From positions 1-28,070 of the forward strand of contig JAQGDQ010001719.1 in NCBI GenBank assembly GCA_030141605.1: DNA of 28,070 bases. Reading direction: 5' to 3'. The translations under genes were made by a program, and so were the position numbers. Shown piece by piece: positions 22,905 to 28,070 of this stretch; positions within the stretch are counted from its first letter, which is position 1; every line of letters starts with the position of its first letter. The notes under the pieces are model-generated. The model did not search any database and was not told the origin of the DNA. It worked only from the letters and a program-made list of their open reading frames with translations. This DNA is from Tubiluchus corallicola. Its lineage: Eukaryota > Animalia > Priapulida.

Positions 22905-23010
22905 CACGTTGAAAACACCGGTTCTAGTCCGCTTACCGAAGTTAAGCAACGTAGAGCCTGGTTAGTACTTGGATGGGTGACCGCCTAGGAATACCAGGTG
23001 CTGTAGGCTT
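22905..23010 (+). pseudogene. 5S rRNA-derived sequence (lacks about the first 14 nt), head of a SINE
   Basis: CACGTTGAAAACACCGGTTCT...GAAGTTAAGC...GGTTAGTACTTGGATGGGTGACCGCC...CTGTAGGCTT; A, IE and C boxes recognisable; no T4 terminator follows. Confidence 0.92.
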
Positions 23011-23440
23011 GCGGGGATGCCCACACTGTATCTCGATGCTAGGCGGAGGAGCTGCACAAGCAGCCACCGGCTAGAGCGCGGAGGAGGTCAAGTGACCCAA
23101 CGGCCATGTGTAGAGGAGTAAACCTTCCAAATCAGGGGTGGAGCCCTGAAGGCAGACCAGTGCAGCATGCTCACTGACTCCGGCAGCTCCTGCAACCAAC
23201 CTGGTGCCAAACGTATCGCTCCGCTTTCCTTTGGACTACATCAGGGAGGAAGAGAGGGGGTTCCTGTTGTCTGGGCAACTCAGGATCTCCATACACCTTG
23301 CCCAGGCATGCGCCCTGGAGACGTTCAAGGATCGCACTGCTCAGCCACAATCGACGCTGCAGCTCCATCAATGTGGTCAATAACTGACTCTCTTGGCGCA
23401 CACTCCATTGTCTTCAGAGACAAAAGGAGGCCAAAAAAAA
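22905..23440 (+). mobile_element. 5S-rRNA-derived SINE (SINE3 type) with GC-rich structured body and A tail
   Basis: 5S head, about 420-bp GC-rich body and A8 tail. TTTGTTTTTA is duplicated at 22893-22902 and 23443-23452. Inserted into a family B copy. Confidence 0.82.
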
Positions 23441-23926
23441 CGTTTGTTTTTAGGTGAGTCAGTGATGCACCCTGGGAAGGTCAGTCAGCGACATCTTACC
23501 AGTTGGTGCGAGCATTTTAAATTATTAAGATGTTGTTTCTAGTTATAAATGTCTTTCAAGCAGTTAAGCGCAACGCAAAGTAATATATCTTAGCCTGGAA
23601 AGCTTTTAAGGACGTATCTTGAAATTGCCTTTTGTTGTAATAAAACTTTCAGATCTTTAATGTTTTACACTGTAATTAGTTACACTATAATGTAAAATTT
23701 AAATTTCTCATAAAGATAAGACAGGATAAATAGGATTAATATGTACATTGTGACATGCGTGAAGATTACTTATGTTTAGTACTTTTTTAAATTGCCCTTC
23801 AAGGACGTGTTCACACCCCCACGCGAAAACACACAACATGATGTCGCGAGCGCAAGACGCCATTGGCTGTTGGGTCTGACTTTGTCAGTTTTTGTTGTTT
23901 GCACGATTTAACTTAAATTAGCTTAA

Positions 23927-24380
23927 CCCTTTCATTTCCGTTGTATCCCGTGGGATACGAGAATATTTTCTGCCTTTAAAATTAACAAAATTTTAAAACT
24001 GACAGTTATTTGATCTGTTAATAGTTATTTTGATGTAAACCAATAACAATAGACTAAAAATGGTGATAAAATGGCAAACTAGAAATCTACATAGCACAAA
24101 AAACTGCGCAAGGTACAGTACTTTAGAGACGACTTTGTACTGATCAGCATAGCGTGCATACTAAATGTCTTAAATACTTTAAAAAATTATCAGCATTTGC
24201 AAAATGAAGCACATTTTATGCTTCCATTGAATCTCAATGTATCCCGTGGGATACAGGCTATATTTAGCACGCGGGCACAGGTAGAAAAAAATAATTATGT
24301 GTAAACAAGATGGACATACTGAACAAAAGTACCAAGCCAAAAAAATTTCTTACTAAAAAGGTAATTTGGGACTGAAAGGT
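23927..24380. mobile_element. piggyBac-type MITE
   Basis: TTAA|CCCTTTCA...TGAAAGGT|TTAA; the internal palindrome GTATCCCGTGGGATAC occurs twice (about 23943 and 24239). Confidence 0.82.
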
Positions 24381-25089
24381 TTAACAAACTAAAACTGGCA
24401 AACGACTTTGATTCTGGAACGACTGGAAAAAACTGATCGACTAATTTGCTTCATCTGTGGTAACTTAAAATCGTGACGAACTTACTAGTGTCTTAATGTT
24501 TATCTAAATGGTGGACACACAGAGCTCTAAATTTTAACAATATTGACGTTTTCGAAATCTTTTCCGGATTTTTTATGACTTGTTGATCTAAATTAGAATT
24601 TTTGTATCTTTGGAATCTAAGAGAGCGACTTAAATTTTTTGACGTTTATGCAAAAGCGTATGCAACATCAGTGCGGTAATTTTCAAGAGATTTCCATATT
24701 TCATCTTGTAATATCATAATCAAAACTTTTGCGCATTTTTTGCGCTACCTGGTGTATAAAATTTACATCTCTGGTCCCAAAGGTAGCCGCCTCGTTTTTA
24801 CATCAAATCGAGCAAATTGATTCGTACTTTCTCCAACTGTAGCATAAAGGTCAAACGAATTTTATTCATTGTGGATATTTTTATTGTTTCGTACTTTAGC
24901 ACAACTTTTACTATTATAGTTTTAAACACATAAAAGTCGCTTAAAGCTTGCCTAGACTTATTGCTGCGCCTAATTTATGACTATACGGTGTGCTTTCATT
25001 TTAAAACTCAAACTCATCTATTCTATGCACGTGTTAACTCATTAATTAGAATCTTCTCCTTGTATTTCCTCGATGCTAAATTGCATCTT

Positions 25090-25657
25090 AGGAGAAGAAA
25101 GGGGCACCTGAAGTAGGTTTCATGAAAATCGCCTTAAAAAATTATACTACTTTACAGAAACTTTATGCACACATCGTATTCGCGTCGAAAGGAATTTTCG
25201 TTTGTTTTCTATTTAAATCTCCAGCGACATTGTTCCGACGGCGCCATTACATGACGTCACTACGCCACGTAAATCAGGGGCAGAAAAGGAAATGTTAAAT
25301 TATGTCCCAAAAAACTTTCCGTGCAAATCTATATTACTTAGCATTTCACTTATCTGCTGGAAAGACATGTGTAACTAGAAATAATAATTTAAAATGTTCG
25401 TGGCAATTGGTTTGTCACTCACTAGCCAAAAACGTATTTTTAATCTTATTGACAAGATACAGCAATTTAATTTAAAATTTTACTTAATTAGCAACATGTA
25501 TGTTGTATGTAGGCCGCATCGGCGGGTTTAAATTTACACGTTTTATACAGCGTTACGACCGATGCAAGCCATGCATACGAAAAGGTAGTATGTAAGTGGT
25601 ATAAGATTTCGAGACGAATTTTTTAAGCCTTATGTAACTGGAGGATTTTCTTGTGAT
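25090..25657 (-). mobile_element. Kolobok/T2-type MITE, family B copy 3 (inverted)
   Basis: Reverse complement of 21623-22305 (e.g. AAAATCGCCTTAAAAAATTATA, CATGACGTCA, AATCTTATTGACAAGATACAG); ends TTTTCTTGTGAT|TTAA. Confidence 0.8.
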
Positions 25658-25943
25658 TTAAATCTAAAATAAAGGAATGCGCGTGCTTTTTAAACAAGCT
25701 TCGATTGTGCTGCCAGAAGTATGTGTCTTAATCTCACATAGCCCCATCTTTAGTGTTATTTTACGGAAAAATATTTACAATGTGAAGATACGTTTTTTTA
25801 ATAGTCATAACAGTTTGATAAATGAAGTTTTTAACAGTCATTGTATCTTTTTCACTAAAATTTATCAATATTAGATAAATCAGCTATGTACAGAAAATAT
25901 CTATCAATTTTAAATCTTTAATTTTGTACGGTGAGTGGGTCAG

Positions 25944-26032
25944 TGTGTGTGTGTGTGCGTGTGTGTGTGTGTGTGTGCGCGTGTGTGTGTGTGTTGTGTG
26001 TGTGTGTGTGTGTGTGTGTGCGTGCGTGTGTG
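25944..26032 (+). repeat. (GT)n microsatellite, interrupted
   Basis: About 44 dinucleotide units with GC interruptions. Confidence 0.97.
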
Positions 26033-26521
26033 ACGTAGTAGCTATTGTACATATTGTATTGTACGTGCGTGTTGATATTATAGTTTTTTCCCTGGAATAA
26101 AGTGCATCTTATCTTTCACCTTTCTAAGCATTGTTTATTGGTGTTTTAATGAGACGCAAACATGTCAATTAAGTAGTTACAATAAATTACACTAAAGCAA
26201 ATCACGCATTGCACTAGTAACACCAGCTGTGTCAGCTGTGACTACGGCAACAACAACCACGCATTAATTTCAATTTGTGTGAATCCAAATTGATGATTCC
26301 ACGAGGAGGAAGTTGAATGCCATGGCAACAATTATTGTAAGTGGATCAAGGTAAATAGAGCTGATGTCATAGTTATTATGATACATGATCAAGGACACGA
26401 TGAAGTCATTACAGGTGACTACCTGGGCGCAAATTGTCTTATTTGTAGTGATTAGTTATGATAATGTGCAAATAAAACAAATCCACGAAACACAGAAGAA
26501 CGTCTGTAAGAAACAATATTG

Positions 26522-27025
26522 CCCAATTGTAACTGTGGGTTTCGATTTGAGTCTGTTGAACACTTTTTGTTGCACTGCCCATTGTATTAACAAACTAGGG
26601 TTGTTATGTTTGATAAACTAAATGCAATACTTCTGCCCGAAAACCTTAATATAGCTGCCTTAGGAAATAATGATCTGTTGAAGTTGTTATTGTTCGGAAA
26701 AGATCAATTTAACTATGTTACTAACTGTAAAATATTTGAATGCATACACGACTTTATATTACGTACTGAACGCTTCCAGTAGTTTCTATCTGATATAAAA
26801 TGCATCATTCTTAAATAATCGTACATTAATATTTACTAACCGTCATTTTCTACTAATGTCTAATGTATCACTGTAGTAAAACTTTAGTATACTAAAGTAT
26901 ACTAAAAACTAATTATAGTCTATTTTTACTGTAAATGTTCTTGTAAATAGTGTATAAAGTCTGTTGTGGTGAGGATCCTAAATCATGTTGTACAAACTGT
27001 CTGATCCAATGCTAAATAAATTATG
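26522..27025 (+). mobile_element. 5'-truncated LINE 3' end (C-terminal CCHC region plus 3' UTR)
   Basis: PNCNCGFRFESVEHFLLHCPLY*QTR...LLLFG...NCKIFECIHDFILRTERFQ* (to 26782); AATAAA near 27015. Same motif type as 12770-13295. Confidence 0.82.
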
Positions 27026-27221
27026 TTTAAACTAACAATCTAGTTTAAACCTAGCAACGATGTTTTATATATACATATATGCTTCATTTTTCCTGTGATT
27101 TGGCTTTATATCACACGACCAGTAAGTTTGCAGTTCAGAAGTTTCTGTGACGCCGGGTTTTACTTGTTGGTTTTCTGTTCTTTATTTAAACCAGATTTTC
27201 TTCAACAATTCCCAAACTAGT

Positions 27222-27365
27222 ACTCCTAGCCGAGCGGTGAGGTAGTAGTACACCGATGTTAGTAGTTTAGAAACTGAATCAGTTTCTCATAGGTACCGGG
27301 GCGTACCTTGAGATAAAAGATGTGGGTTCGAATCACGAGTGGGATCTTAAGTGTCGGCCTTGAGT
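27222..27365 (+). mobile_element. Possible degenerate tRNA-derived SINE head
   Basis: A-box-like TAGCCGAGCGG (about 27227) and B-box-like GGTTCGAATC (about 27325), spaced too far apart unless about 55 bp were inserted. Confidence 0.35.
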
Positions 27366-27614
27366 TGCTGTTATTGTGTTTAGCTAACAAAGTGTGAACT
27401 ATTCATAATATTTTCACTATTCAAATACTTTTTAAACGTTCACAAAGAAACGCACTCCAAGATACATATTTTGTGTATAAAGAACAATCAAAATTTAATG
27501 AACAAATTTGTGATGATATGATCAAAAAGATAATTTTCAAAAGCAATCAGATAAATACGAGGCAAAACCCAACTAAAGATAAACAAATTAGATTCTAATA
27601 CACTAGGTACTCAC

Positions 27615-27871
27615 TAATTACCCTTTCCCTGGGAGGTGCACCGAAAGACCTGTCCACGTTGAAATGGTTCACTGTCCATTAATATCTTGGCATGCCACAT
27701 AATCATTGGTGACGTCACTGGAAACGAAGTCTGCACTGTCCAGTAGATGAGGTAGGTGAGGTGACATCGAGAATGGTTTAGCTTTATCAGAGGCATATTC
27801 AGTCCAACCTTCCACATGATCAGTAGTAGCCCCATAACGGCTTAAGCAAATTGTCCCAAATATCCATTTGG
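27615..27871 (-). other. Unidentified exon-like segment, possibly with a 1-nt frameshift
   Basis: More GC-rich than its flanks; acceptor tttacag| and donor |gtgagt. Reads KWIFGTICLSRYGATTDHVEGWTEY...YVACQDING, then in a shifted frame VNHFNVDRSFGAPPRERVI. Confidence 0.4.
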
Positions 27872-27961
27872 CTGTAAATTTCGATAGTGCACAAAATGTA
27901 TCACAACGAATCTAGACTGCTCGAAAACGTTACTGTCCTTTAACTGTAATCACAGCTATAT

Positions 27962-28070
<109 letters not shown>

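Larger units (their letters stand above)
22805..23635 (+). mobile_element. Family B partial copy 2, interrupted by the 5S-derived SINE
   Basis: 22809-22902 joined to 23443-23635 is collinear with about 21839-22110 (TAATCAGAGCATTCGTAG..., TGCACCCTGG...GTCAGCGACAT). Confidence 0.75.

Noticed and set aside
22905-23010. Functional 5S rRNA gene
   Set aside because: It is 5'-truncated, has substitutions, lacks an oligo-T terminator, and is continuous with a SINE body flanked by a TSD.
23167-23457. 96-aa and 76-aa ORFs
   Set aside because: They lie in the GC-rich SINE body and show no protein motif; such ORFs are expected by chance.
27668-27675. Selenocysteine TGA in the unassigned exon
   Set aside because: Read-through meets a TAA before the donor and no SECIS was identified; a frameshift or true stop fits better.

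Overview
This is AT-rich eukaryotic (animal) genomic DNA, not prokaryotic. The backbone is the 3' half of a minus-strand NCAM-family adhesion gene. Seven phase-compatible exons between 14566 and 5301 encode Ig5, FnIII-1, FnIII-2 and the transmembrane/juxtamembrane segment; the protein features suggest an invertebrate chordate (inference). The upstream intron holds a near-full-length CR1/L2-group LINE (about 15409-21430, minus strand). Its ORF1 carries an SGNH esterase, and its APE-RT ORF2 has three frameshifts and is preceded in frame by an unusual ~250-aa hydrophobic leader ending in a 2A-like motif (GGIETNPGP). The rest is dense with non-autonomous elements: a foldback element with 398-bp arms, pogo/Tigger, hAT, piggyBac and Kolobok-type MITEs, a 5S-rRNA-headed SINE with a structured body, three LINE 3' remnants, two ~120-bp tandem arrays (one duplicating an NCAM splice donor) and microsatellites. 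There is also an orphan plus-strand granulin half-domain exon and an unidentified exon-like segment near the window end. All alignments and translations were done by eye; no database search was run.
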